A stretch of 45,425 nt of DNA from Cyanobacteriota bacterium (GCA_046045965.1 JBJOKS010000034.1:1-45425), one strand, 5' to 3'. Positions 1 through 9,268 are shown, counted from the first letter of the stretch. Translations and numbers: made by a program. Notes: a model not told the origin generated them from the sequence alone.

Positions 1-1501
1 CGTTGGCATCTTGAATTCCATCTGCATTTAAGTCATGCCAAACAAAATCACCTAATGATGCTAGTTCTACTAACCCTGCATCTAAGGTGAGGTTATTTTC
101 ACCACTTTGTAATGTCACTGTTTGGGTTAAACCTGTGGCATCAACATCACTATCAGTTGCATCATCTCCCACATTGCCTTGAGTGAAGATGTATCCTTCT
201 GGTGCGGTGAATTGAACTTGATAATCTCCTGGAGTTAAACCATCAAACAGATAAGAACCATCATTTGCTGTGGTGGTTGTGGCAATTACTTGACCATTTT
301 CAATCAGTGCTACTGTGACACCACCAATGGCAGTATCACCTGCATCTTGAATTCCGTTGTTGTTATTGTCAACAAATACGTAGTCTCCCAAGGATGCTGG
401 TTGATATAACCCTGCGTCTAGTGTGGGGTTGTTTTCTCCTGGTGCTAATGTAACTGTTTGAGTTCTGCTGGTGATGACATTGGCATCGGAGTCTAAACCA
501 TCATTGTTACCTTGATCCTGTGGACTAAATAGATAGCCAGTTGGTGCAACAAACTCAACGCTGTAAGTACCTGGGATCAAGCCAGCGAAGTCATACAAGC
601 CGTTTGCATCGGTGGTAGTGGTGGCGACTATGTTATTGTTGCTATCCAGCAGGTTAACGGTAACGTTAGGGATTCCTGCTTCCCCTGTATCTTGAATTCC
701 ATTAGCATTTGTGTCTAACCATACTCTGTCACCTAATGATGCTGTTAGTCTCGTCAGTTCCACAGCAGCAATGATGATTTGCCCATCTGGTACACCATCA
801 TATGGAAGATTATCGGGTACAATAACAACAGCAATTTTGTCACCTACTTGAGGTATAAAATTACCATGCTGATCCGCTTCTGTGACAATTGATGCTACAT
901 TGGTGGTGCTGAAGCCACCAAACATAGCCTTCCAAATGCTCTGCCTCGTTGCGCTGATGTAATCAGAAGAAATGCTCTTGTTATCAATTAGAACCCAAAT
1001 TGCGGCTTGGATATCAAAAGCACTAAATCCTCTGTTAAGAAAATTTTGTTGGTTGTTAATTAACCAATTAACCTTTCCTAAATTCTGGGGGTTTGTTGTG
1101 AAAGTACCTAAACCTAAATTATTACTGAGAATGTCCGCGTCATAGCTGGAATATACGGAAGCCGTAAACTCTGCTGATGTTCTTTCAGTTAGTGTTCCAT
1201 TTAGACCTGTTAGTCTGACACCAGTATCGGTAGTGTCACCATCACCATTATAATCGGTTGATGCGGTTAAAGGCTGCTCATAATCAATACAATAGGTATC
1301 AAAAGAACCAGAGAGAATCCCGTTGGTAGGATCAGTAATTTTGATATCATAAAAGCTAGGGTTACCCAATGCTATCTCCAAGTTGGGAGTTGTGGGTCCG
1401 CCTTGTGAAATGTTTCTTTGGATAGCCTTAACAGTAATTTGCCGATGCAAAATGCTGCTCAGTCCTTGAATTGTACTGAGAGTCTGAATAATATTGGTCA
1501 T
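1..1501 (-). CDS. Large surface protein (5' part; runs off the window): N-terminal thioester-like domain followed by at least 3 SdrD B-like/Cna-B repeats
   Basis: Manual translation from ATG at 1501 (MTNIIQTLST...) is open to base 1. Motifs YCIDYEQP, IQAAIW and DGQIII are followed by repeats beginning ASLGDRVWLDTNANGIQD / ASLGDYVFVDNNNNGIQD / ASLGDFVWHDLNADGIQD. Absent from the ORF track because it has no stop codon in the window. Confidence 0.9.
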   Translation of the reverse strand, partial: MTNIIQTLSTIQGLSSILHRQITVKAIQRNISQGGPTTPNLEIALGNPSFYDIKITDPTNGILSGSFDTYCIDYEQPLTASTDYNGDGDTTDTGVRLTGLNGTLTERTSAEFTASVYSSYDADILSNNLGLGTFTTNPQNLGKVNWLINNQQNFLNRGFSAFDIQAAIWVLIDNKSISSDYISATRQSIWKAMFGGFSTTNVASIVTEADQHGNFIPQVGDKIAVVIVPDNLPYDGVPDGQIIIAAVELTRLTASLGDRVWLDTNANGIQDTGEAGIPNVTVNLLDSNNNIVATTTTDANGLYDFAGLIPGTYSVEFVAPTGYLFSPQDQGNNDGLDSDANVITSRTQTVTLAPGENNPTLDAGLYQPASLGDYVFVDNNNNGIQDAGDTAIGGVTVALIENGQVIATTTTANDGSYLFDGLTPGDYQVQFTAPEGYIFTQGNVGDDATDSDVDATGLTQTVTLQSGENNLTLDAGLVELASLGDFVWHDLNADGIQDAN

Positions 1502-1756
1502 GTTTTAAACCTTGAGAAGCAAGAAGAGAAATTAAATGAAATATAATGACTTCGGAGGTTAATTTTTCACTAGACTTGAATAAGAAACTTTATTGATGGT
1601 AAGAAGTCTAGTATTTGAATGCAGATGTCACGAATCAGGTAAAAGCAAGGGTTGGTTGCTGAATGAGTGAAATTTGCACTGCATAAAGGGTATTTATCCA
1701 ACAACTGATGGCGGGGACAGTTCCAAATATCTCACCACCATCGGTGTCAAGCTTTA

Positions 1757-1969
1757 TTATTCAGCTTTTTGGGAATCTACACGCTTTTTAGCAAGCAATC
1801 CACCACCAGCAAATGCAATCAGACCAAAAACAGTCATGGGTTCGGGTACTGTTTGTACTGGGTCTTGTGCAAAATCTGCATCTACGTCAATAGATGCAAA
1901 AGCAGGTACAGAGGAAGCAGCAGATAAAGCGATCGCAGCAGAGGCAATAAGTAAAGTCTTTTTCAACAT
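1757..1969 (-). CDS. Very small PEP-CTERM sorting-domain protein (70 aa)
   Basis: Signal peptide MLKKTLLIASAAIALSAASSVPAFA, then VPEP + hydrophobic helix + basic tail (AKKR). GGAG lies upstream of the ATG at 1969. Confidence 0.85.
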   Translation of the reverse strand: MLKKTLLIASAAIALSAASSVPAFASIDVDADFAQDPVQTVPEPMTVFGLIAFAGGGLLAKKRVDSQKAE

Positions 1970-2453
1970 AATTACTCCAGAAAATTTATTCTCAGGTATG
2001 GCGCACAAAAGCTGATAAAAATCTCAGCTAGGTTCTTGATTAAACAGTTGTCAGTGCAGTAATGTTACAAACACTGAGAAACTTCTCTTGTCATACAATA
2101 CGTGGCATTACTGGTAGAGTAAAGTGCTAAAAGCCAACTTAATCAAATCTTTAATATAAGAAGCCTTTAGCCTGGTATTTAGACTAGCTTACTTCATAAT
2201 CTACCAAAATTGCTATAAAAATAAAGCTTTAAGGTCTTGCCAGTTATAAGAAAATAGGCTAAAAACCCTTGAGGTTAAGTTTTTGTGCTTGGTGTCAAAA
2301 CTTAACCAAACCTTGATATGACGAAGTTTTATTTTTTTAATAAAAATCAAGCCTCATTGAAATTAATTTAACCGTGCGGTAAGTGTAAAGCAAAAAAATA
2401 GGACAAAACTATACTTTCTGAATTTTCTGAATTTTCTGAATTTTTAATTGTGA

Positions 2454-2737
2454 TAAGTAGGTAGGCACAATTAAACATAACTATGTGAAGAAAAATTAAG
2501 GAGGCTCAAACCCTCTTCCCTCCAGCATAGTTGCCCCCTGCCTCATCCTAACGATAAATATTCAGACCGGGAGCATCCCAAATGTGTAAGTTTATTTTCT
2601 GCTTGAGTTCAAGACGTAAAATGAACGAACCACGAAGGACACGAAGGACACGAAGGGAAGAGAGAAGAAGAGAGTTTTTGGTGTTGCTGTGGTTGTTTTT
2701 TCAAAATTGGGATGCTCCCTTCAGACCCACCTACTTA
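2454..2737. mobile_element. MITE with TAAGTAGGTAGG...CCCACCTACTTA termini, interrupted by a second MITE
   Basis: Near-perfect 12-bp terminal inverted repeats starting and ending in TA; non-coding interior. Confidence 0.7.
2569..2719. mobile_element. 151-bp MITE with 8-bp target-site duplication
   Basis: TIR GGGAGCATCCCAA/TTGGGATGCTCCC, flanked on both sides by TTCAGACC (2561-2568 and 2720-2727). Confidence 0.9.
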
Positions 2738-2826
2738 ACTACTTCTCTAATTCTCCCGTTCTTGGAGAAGAATTAGAGGAGGTAGTTATGTTTACTTATT
2801 CCCCCTGTCCCCTACCCCCTTATTTC

Positions 2827-4449
2827 CTATTCCCATTCTATAGTTCCAGGTGGTTTAGAAGTAATGTCATAAACTACACGGTTCACTCCTTTTACTTCGT
2901 TAACTATTCTGTTGGAAATTGCTTCTAATACATCATAGGGTACTCGCGCCCAGTCTGCTGTCATCCCATCTTCACTGGTGACTATCCGTAAAACTATGGG
3001 GTAAGCATAGGTTCTTTTATCACCCATTACTCCCACACTACGAATTGGTAATAAGACCGCGAACGCTTGCCAATAGTCATGATATAAGCCTCTTTGGTTG
3101 ATTTCTTGGCGGACAATTAAATCGGCATCGCGTAAAATATTTAACCTTTCTGCTGTGACTTCACCTAAGATGCGAATTGCTAAACCAGGACCGGGGAAAG
3201 GTTGTCTTTGGACAATTTCTTCTGGTAAACCAATGGAACGTCCTACTTTACGAACTTCATCTTTAAAGAGTTTCCGCAATGGTTCTACCAGTTTAAATCT
3301 CAAGTCTTTGGGTAAACCACCGACGTTGTGATGACTCTTAATTTTTACTGCTACCCGTTCACCGGTTTTGGGGTCAACATTAGTATCAGCAGATTCGATC
3401 ACATCGGGATAAAGTGTACCCTGTGCTAAATAGTCAAAGTGACCAAGCTGTTTGGATGTTTCTTCAAAAACGCGAATAAATTCATGGCCGATGCGACGAC
3501 GTTTTTCTTCCGGGTCTGTCACACCAGCAATAGCATCAATAAAGCGATCGCGTGCGTTTACATACTCTACGGGAATATGAAACTGTTCTTTGAACAATTT
3601 CAGCAACCTTTCTGGCTCTAATTTCCGCATAAAGCCTTGGTCAATAAACACACAAGTTAGCTGTTCACCAATGGCTTTATATAGCAAAAATGCTAAGGTT
3701 GAAGAATCTACACCCCCGGAAAGTGCCAATAATACCCGTTTATCACCGACTCTAGCCCGAATTTCCCGAATTGACTCTTCCACAAAAGCTGCTGTTGTCC
3801 AGGTGGGTTCACAGTCGCAAATGTGGTAAACAAAGTTACGAATTAATGCTAAACCACCCAGGGAATGCACTACTTCAGGATGGAACTGCACACCATAAAG
3901 TTTCTTGTCGTGGTCAGCGATCGCCGCACAGGAAGTATTTTCTGTATGTGCGAGTAATTCAAATCCCGGTGGCATTTTTGTTACTGAGTCGCCATGACTC
4001 ATCCACATGGTTGTCCCATCTTCGACGTTGGTTAACAAGTCTGTGGGATCATCTATATATAATGATGCTTTACCATATTCACCGCGTTCAGCTTTGGTGA
4101 CTTCCCCTCCCAGCTGGTTGACCATCAACTGCATTCCATAGCATACACCTAAGACGGGTATTCCCAATTTCCAGATTTCTGGGTCACAATGGGGAGCATA
4201 ATCACTATATACTGAATTCGGACCACCAGAGAAGATAATCCCCTTGGGATTGAGTTGGCGTAAATGTTCCGCTGTGGTGCGATAGGAAAGAACTTCGGAA
4301 TATACTTGAGTCTCGCGGATACGCCGAGCAATTAGTTCGGAATATTGAGAACCAAAGTCTAAAATAACAATCATTTGGCGATTAAGCTTCCCCAAATGTT
4401 CTTGGTTTTGAGGTGCTTGTTCGGTTGGTAGAGTCACCGCTGTATTCAT
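2827..4449 (-). CDS. guaA: GMP synthase (glutamine-hydrolysing)
   Basis: [36 protein letters not shown] and KPPGTIEWE motifs. Confidence 0.99.
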   Translation of the reverse strand: MNTAVTLPTEQAPQNQEHLGKLNRQMIVILDFGSQYSELIARRIRETQVYSEVLSYRTTAEHLRQLNPKGIIFSGGPNSVYSDYAPHCDPEIWKLGIPVLGVCYGMQLMVNQLGGEVTKAERGEYGKASLYIDDPTDLLTNVEDGTTMWMSHGDSVTKMPPGFELLAHTENTSCAAIADHDKKLYGVQFHPEVVHSLGGLALIRNFVYHICDCEPTWTTAAFVEESIREIRARVGDKRVLLALSGGVDSSTLAFLLYKAIGEQLTCVFIDQGFMRKLEPERLLKLFKEQFHIPVEYVNARDRFIDAIAGVTDPEEKRRRIGHEFIRVFEETSKQLGHFDYLAQGTLYPDVIESADTNVDPKTGERVAVKIKSHHNVGGLPKDLRFKLVEPLRKLFKDEVRKVGRSIGLPEEIVQRQPFPGPGLAIRILGEVTAERLNILRDADLIVRQEINQRGLYHDYWQAFAVLLPIRSVGVMGDKRTYAYPIVLRIVTSEDGMTADWARVPYDVLEAISNRIVNEVKGVNRVVYDITSKPPGTIEWE

Positions 4450-4644
4450 AATGGCGAGAGTGTGTCTTTGAAAAAAACGTGAATTACCATTTCCGGCTGT
4501 TTAGGCTAGTAATGGTCTAAAACCTATCTAAAAACCTAAATATATAGACGCAACTGGTGTCGCGTCTGTGGAGCCGATAAATTTGGCTTGTTATTAAAAG
4601 CAAATCATTCTAAAGTAGGTACACAAAAAATTATTTATAAGAAA

Positions 4645-4760
4645 ATCGAGTGAGCCAAAACCACGCTCGGCAAAGTATCGGAGCATGGCGGAGATATTTT
4701 GCCGTGCTAAGGAACAGTGGATGTAGGCGAACGGATTGCCCAGGCGTGGAGCAGTCATGG
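4645..4760 (+). ncRNA. Candidate structured RNA (alternatively a 54-aa minus-strand ORF at 4594-4758)
   Basis: GC-rich patch. CCACGCTCGGCAA pairs with TTGCCCAGGCGTGG and encloses hairpin AGCATGGCGGA-GATAT-TTTGCCGTGCT. G-U pairs favour the + strand. Confidence 0.35.
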
Positions 4761-4950
4761 TATATTGTTTTTAACAGGAACGGTAATCAACCTGTATAAA
4801 AACCTAACTACCTAACGGTAATCTGTACCTTGACAATTGAAGATATGGGGTTCTATTCCATAGTTCTAGTTCCTGCCCAGGAATAGGTAAAATCTTCATG
4901 GGAGCTAGACGACACAGAATTTAAACTCAAACAAAATTTGCAGTAATGCA

Positions 4951-5080
4951 ACTACCTCCGGGCAGGGGGAAAGTAACGCTTGAGGAGAGAACCACCTCTG
5001 GGTTAGACACCGCAAGGGATCTAAACTAAGTGGACTCGTTGAATCAAGAATCTGCGCTCCTTTAGGACGCAGAGTGTCAA
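4951..5080 (+). mobile_element. IS200/IS605-family right end / TnpB omegaRNA (reRNA) scaffold without tnpB
   Basis: ACTACC..GGGCAG..AACGCTTGAGGAGAGAACCACCTCT..GACTCGTTGAATCAAGAAT, then hairpin TCTGCGCTCC-TTTA-GGACGCAGA and terminal GTGTCAA. This is the layout of cyanobacterial tnpB 3' ends (GAAT before the hairpin, TCAA cleavage site). Confidence 0.85.
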
Positions 5081-5109
5081 TTGGTTTATTAATGATAATT
5101 CATAATAAG

Positions 5110-6225
5110 TTAACATAATTTTCCCATCAACATACAACCAGTTTTACTCTTAACGATAATTTCTCTATTCCGGTCGAAAAGCACAGAACCGCAAATTGTG
5201 GTGTTTATACCCCGGTCGCTATGGCTTTTAATGTATTCTTGAGAGCGAGCATCAATAGTTTCGGCAATGCGGCTATAAACTTGATTACTCCAATCACTAC
5301 CTGTAGAATGATCGAGCGATCGCAGGTGTTGTAATGCTGCTTCTGCTGTGGGACTGTTAAATACTACTTCTATATCTGAAGATGGTAAACCCAACATGGC
5401 ACAATGAGCGGCTAAAATTTCCCGTCGGCCATCAGCTAAGTGATGATGGGTGTGAAAAATTCCCCCTGCTAATTTCATCAGTTTACCGTGATAACCAAAC
5501 AATAAAATTTCTTTAACTCCTAATATATCCGCTTCCACTAACAAAGGTCCTAACCAGTTGGCAGTTTTCACCAATTGTTGGGAATTTATCCCTAGTTTCT
5601 GCGCTAAATCTAAACCATTTTCGCCAATACAGAAAACTAAGCTTTCAAACTGACTAGCTTTGTTTTGTAAATCAGCACGAAAAGCTGTTAGTTGATCCGG
5701 TGTGCTTAAAGGTTGAGAAATACCTGTTGTACCTAATAAAGAAAGTCCTTCGACGACACCAAAAGCAGCGTTAGAAGTCCGTACAGCGAGCGATCGCCCT
5801 GCGGGTAAAATAATCGTAACTGTGATTTTTTCCCCTGGTGCTAACAGTCGCTGCAAATTCTCTGTTAACAGGTTTTGAGCATAACCATAAATCGCTGCTT
5901 TCCCTTCCCCATTTAATTGTTTACCAATTCCCTCTCCCCCCTGAATAATTACTGTCTCTCCATCTCCCTCATAAAATGCCACCATTGCCCAAATAGGTGT
6001 ATTTTTGGTCAAATCGAGGTTATCACCCGGATCACTGCGGGTAATGGCTAAAGCAGAATTTTCAGATAATCCTGCTACCTGCTCAATGGGTATTGCTGCT
6101 ACTTCTGAAGGTGTAATTAAATTCACCGCAGCTACAGTCAAGGGTTGACGATGACGCAACCAATGTAAAGCCGCAATAGCAGCAGCACAGGCAAAAACGG
6201 GGAGTGTGTAACCAGAACGGGACAT
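5110..6225 (-). CDS. cbiD: Cobalt-precorrin-5B C1-methyltransferase
   Basis: MSRSGYTLPVFACAAA, SDPGDNLDLT, GLSLLGTTG and GKLMKLAGGIFHTH. The upstream extension in the track comes from a heptamer repeat. Confidence 0.95.
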   Translation of the reverse strand: MSRSGYTLPVFACAAAIAALHWLRHRQPLTVAAVNLITPSEVAAIPIEQVAGLSENSALAITRSDPGDNLDLTKNTPIWAMVAFYEGDGETVIIQGGEGIGKQLNGEGKAAIYGYAQNLLTENLQRLLAPGEKITVTIILPAGRSLAVRTSNAAFGVVEGLSLLGTTGISQPLSTPDQLTAFRADLQNKASQFESLVFCIGENGLDLAQKLGINSQQLVKTANWLGPLLVEADILGVKEILLFGYHGKLMKLAGGIFHTHHHLADGRREILAAHCAMLGLPSSDIEVVFNSPTAEAALQHLRSLDHSTGSDWSNQVYSRIAETIDARSQEYIKSHSDRGINTTICGSVLFDRNREIIVKSKTGCMLMGKLC

Positions 6226-6265
6226 GAGGGATTGGGGATTGGGGATCGGTAAATCTATCACCTAT

Positions 6266-6568
6266 TTAAACACCAACTTCTGAAAGTAGAACTTGCATAT
6301 CTGTCCAAGAAATACCTTGTTGAATATAACGGGGTGATTCAGGATTATAAGGACTAGCAATGCGGTCAATAGCGACAATTATCGCATCATCTGGGAACAC
6401 AGGGACATCTGGATCAAAAGCAGTGGAGCGCATCAAAGAACTAGAAAACCCCTTGAAAACGGCGATTTTATCTTGTTCATCAGCAACATTTATTGTCACT
6501 AGTAGGACTTCTTGAGGTCTTTTGACGGTGTATTGTTCTAGCCGTTTACCAATGGAATTATTCATCAA
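6266..6568 (-). CDS. Conserved cyanobacterial hypothetical protein
   Basis: 100-aa ORF with FKGFSSSLM..TAFDPD..IDR..PYNP motif, co-oriented with its neighbours. Confidence 0.8.
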   Translation of the reverse strand: MMNNSIGKRLEQYTVKRPQEVLLVTINVADEQDKIAVFKGFSSSLMRSTAFDPDVPVFPDDAIIVAIDRIASPYNPESPRYIQQGISWTDMQVLLSEVGV

Positions 6569-6658
6569 GAAAATACTGTTAAATTTAGTTAAGCTTTTGC
6601 ATTACTATCATTAACTTGACCATTAAACAGCAGATTTTATCTTTTTTTTATGGTGTTG

Positions 6659-7249
6659 TTACTGTGTTGCTGTTCTGCCATGCTTACCTAGTTTTACAAA
6701 TATAAAATAGCTTAGATAAACCACATAAATTACTAAGCCAATCATACCCAAAAATCCCAGAAAAGCTGGTTTACTATTATGATGGAAATAGTCTTTAAAC
6801 ATTAATGGTGCTTCCTGCCAGACTCTACAGTAGGGACTTTTCAGGGAATTTTCTGAGAAAGCACAACCCAAGAAAGGTGCAAAGCTAATGACACCTAAAA
6901 GGGAATAAATAGTCATTGCCCAGCGCCAAGATGTGAAAATCAATTTTAAAGGACTTTTGGGTTGATAATCAATTTCATCGTTGATATCAATCCAGAACCA
7001 TAGGGAAATTGGAATCAGGATACGAGCCATTAAACCAGAAATAAAACTGACTCCCAAACCGCCAATCATTAAGTAAACTGTGATGACTAATAAACTGGCT
7101 ACCCGCCAGTAGATGATTAACAAGCGTTGTATTCCGTCTGCTTTTTGTACAAATGCCCAAATTAGGAGAATTAGAGGAATAATTAAGGTAAATAATAATG
7201 CTAATCTATAGTCCATCCAGACGTAGGGGCGAAACCAAACTTGTGGCAT
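6659..7249 (-). CDS. DUF3177-like membrane protein
   Basis: VWMDYRLA start, several TM segments, SLWFW motif. Confidence 0.8.
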   Translation of the reverse strand: MPQVWFRPYVWMDYRLALLFTLIIPLILLIWAFVQKADGIQRLLIIYWRVASLLVITVYLMIGGLGVSFISGLMARILIPISLWFWIDINDEIDYQPKSPLKLIFTSWRWAMTIYSLLGVISFAPFLGCAFSENSLKSPYCRVWQEAPLMFKDYFHHNSKPAFLGFLGMIGLVIYVVYLSYFIFVKLGKHGRTATQ

Positions 7250-7365
7250 AGTTTTTATTAGTTAATACAGTAGAATTAAGTATGAGTCTTGCAAGAGACA
7301 AGAGGCAAAAGGCAGAGGGCAAGCCCCGCTTGCGCGGGGACATGGCTTGATAATTAGCTCAATTT

Positions 7366-7608
7366 CTAGTCTTCGTAAAGCCGGCACTCATCTGCTTCTG
7401 GGTTGGCATCACAGTATTGTTCTAAAGAGTTTTTGGGCTTGATTTGACGTTGGTGAGAAGCTTCAGCTTGCAGTTCTTCGACTGCATCCCAAGCGGCAGC
7501 GCATTCTGCGGAGTTGCCACCTGAAATATCACAGACAGCACGAGCTTGTTCAATCTCTTCTTGGATCTGCTCTTCGATGGTGGTTGCTTTTTCTTGAATG
7601 TTGGTCAT
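7366..7608 (-). CDS. cp12: Calvin cycle protein CP12 (both Cys pairs)
   Basis: CAAAWDAVEELQA and YCDANPEADECRLYED. Confidence 0.97.
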   Translation of the reverse strand: MTNIQEKATTIEEQIQEEIEQARAVCDISGGNSAECAAAWDAVEELQAEASHQRQIKPKNSLEQYCDANPEADECRLYED

Positions 7609-7804
7609 TGCGTTAATCTCTTTATGTGTTGTTTATACCAGTGTAGAAAAAATCAAAAATTGCGGTTTTTGCTTTATTGTTCGTTTACTATTCTAACCAC
7701 TGAGTTGCTCAGTTAGACTTCAACCATGATAATCGATTACTAATACAGCAAATTATCACATCTACACCATGTTCCTCTTTATGTTTTAAGATTTTGCGAC
7801 AACA

Positions 7805-7917
7805 TACAGCAGGAGTCAGGAGAGGCGAACGGCCGTTCGCCCGTACAGGAGTAAAACAGGCTTGGTGTATAGGTTTCAATTTAGATTCTGTACCTCATTG
7901 ATCTGCAAACTGCTGTA
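7805..7917. mobile_element. MITE-like element, TACAGCAG...CTGCTGTA
   Basis: 8-bp TIR; a related inverted copy lies at 27590-27693; contains palindrome GGCGAACGGCCGTTCGCC. Confidence 0.6.
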
Positions 7918-7974
7918 ACAACAGACAAAGAATCATAGAATATATAGCAGGAGTCAGGAGTCAGGAGTCAGTCA

Positions 7975-8003
7975 GTAGGGGTTTAGGAATGCTAAACCCG
8001 TAC
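7975..8003. repeat. REP-like palindrome GTAGGGGTTTAG-GAATG-CTAAACCCGTAC
   Basis: GTAG-footed imperfect hairpin among GGAGTCA heptamers. Confidence 0.55.
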
Positions 8004-8029
8004 AAGAGTCAGGAGTAAAAGAGAGAAAC

Positions 8030-9268
8030 ATGGCAGACCAAATGCAGTGGGCAAATGCCCTATCAACCCGTCATTCTTTGGAAGCAGCTATTACAGATGT
8101 GGTAGAACAAGCTGTTTCATGTTTAACAGCACCTGCGGATTTAGGGCTGGTATTCATTTCGTCTGCTTTTACGAGTGAGTATTCCCGACTTTTACCGCTA
8201 CTGGCAGAAAAACTTTCAGTACCTATGCTGATTGGTTGTAGTGCTGCGGGTGTTGTGGGTACGACATCAGAAAACCAAGCTCAAGAAATAGAAGCCGAAC
8301 CAGCCATCAGTTTAACTTTGGCTCATCTCCCTGGTGTGGATATTCGCGCTTTTCATATTTTGGGGGATCAGTTACCTGATTTGGATAGTTCACCGGATGC
8401 TTGGATTGATTTAGTGGGTGTGCCACCATCACCAGTGCCGCAGTTTATTTTGTTTTCTAGTGCTTTTTCTTCGGGAACCAATGATTTGTTGCAAGGGTTG
8501 GATTTTGCTTATCCTGGCTCGGTGATTGTGGGGGGACAGGCCAGCGGTGGGTTTGTGAGCGATCGCATTGCTTTATTTTGTAATAATCGCCTGTATCGTC
8601 AGGGTACGGTGGGTTTGGCTTTGAGTGGTGATATTGTACTGGAAACCATTGTTGCCCAAGGATGCCGACCAATTGGGGAACCATTACAGGTGACTAAGGC
8701 TGAACGCAATATTATTTTGGAGTTGGATGAACAAGTTCCTTTGGTAGTGCTACGGAATTTGATTGGTAGTCTGAGTGATGAGGACAAGATGCTGGCACAG
8801 CATTCTCTGTTTGTGGGTTTAGCAATGAATGAGTTTCAGTTTTCTTTACAGCAGGGAGATTTTCTGATTCGTAATTTACTGGGAGTAGATCCCGCCGCTG
8901 GGGCGATCGCAATTGGCGATCGCGTCCGTCCTGGTCAAAGGTTACAATTTCATCTGCGTGATGCTCAAGCCTCTGCTGAAGACCTAGAATTGCTTTTGCA
9001 AGAGTATCAAGCCCAAAATCGCAATCAATCCTCTCCTTTGGCGGCGTTGATGTTTAGTTGTGTGGGACGTGGTGCTGGACTCTACGGTAAACCCAATTTT
9101 GATTCACAGCTATTTAGGGGTTATTTCCATGACATCCCAATGGGAGGTTGTTTCTGTGGTGGTGAAATTGGTCCTGTGAGCGGCAGAACTTTCCTACACG
9201 GTTACACTTCAGTTTTTGCAATTTTTCGCCAACCTAATTCGAGCTTGCTCAATAAAGATAAAACTTAG
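8030..9268 (+). CDS. FIST-domain signal transduction protein
   Basis: LIGCSAAG, VAQGCRPIG, FSCVGRG and GEIGPV..FLHGYT motifs. Confidence 0.92.
   Translation: MADQMQWANALSTRHSLEAAITDVVEQAVSCLTAPADLGLVFISSAFTSEYSRLLPLLAEKLSVPMLIGCSAAGVVGTTSENQAQEIEAEPAISLTLAHLPGVDIRAFHILGDQLPDLDSSPDAWIDLVGVPPSPVPQFILFSSAFSSGTNDLLQGLDFAYPGSVIVGGQASGGFVSDRIALFCNNRLYRQGTVGLALSGDIVLETIVAQGCRPIGEPLQVTKAERNIILELDEQVPLVVLRNLIGSLSDEDKMLAQHSLFVGLAMNEFQFSLQQGDFLIRNLLGVDPAAGAIAIGDRVRPGQRLQFHLRDAQASAEDLELLLQEYQAQNRNQSSPLAALMFSCVGRGAGLYGKPNFDSQLFRGYFHDIPMGGCFCGGEIGPVSGRTFLHGYTSVFAIFRQPNSSLLNKDKT

Noticed and set aside
1674..2015. 113-aa + strand ORF
   Set aside because: Antisense shadow of the PEP-CTERM gene.
2582..2928. 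Short + strand ORFs (e.g. NEPRRTRRTRRE)
   Set aside because: Translations of MITE/repeat DNA and of antisense guaA.
3098..4331. Short ORFs overlapping guaA, and similar ones inside FIST, helicase, argF, RNase II, moeA, aroC, hemE and the epimerase
   Set aside because: They lie antisense or out of frame within well-supported genes and carry no motifs.
4645..4910. Identification as 6S RNA, Yfr1, a riboswitch or a tracrRNA
   Set aside because: I could not match the hallmark motifs of these families by eye; left as an unnamed candidate.
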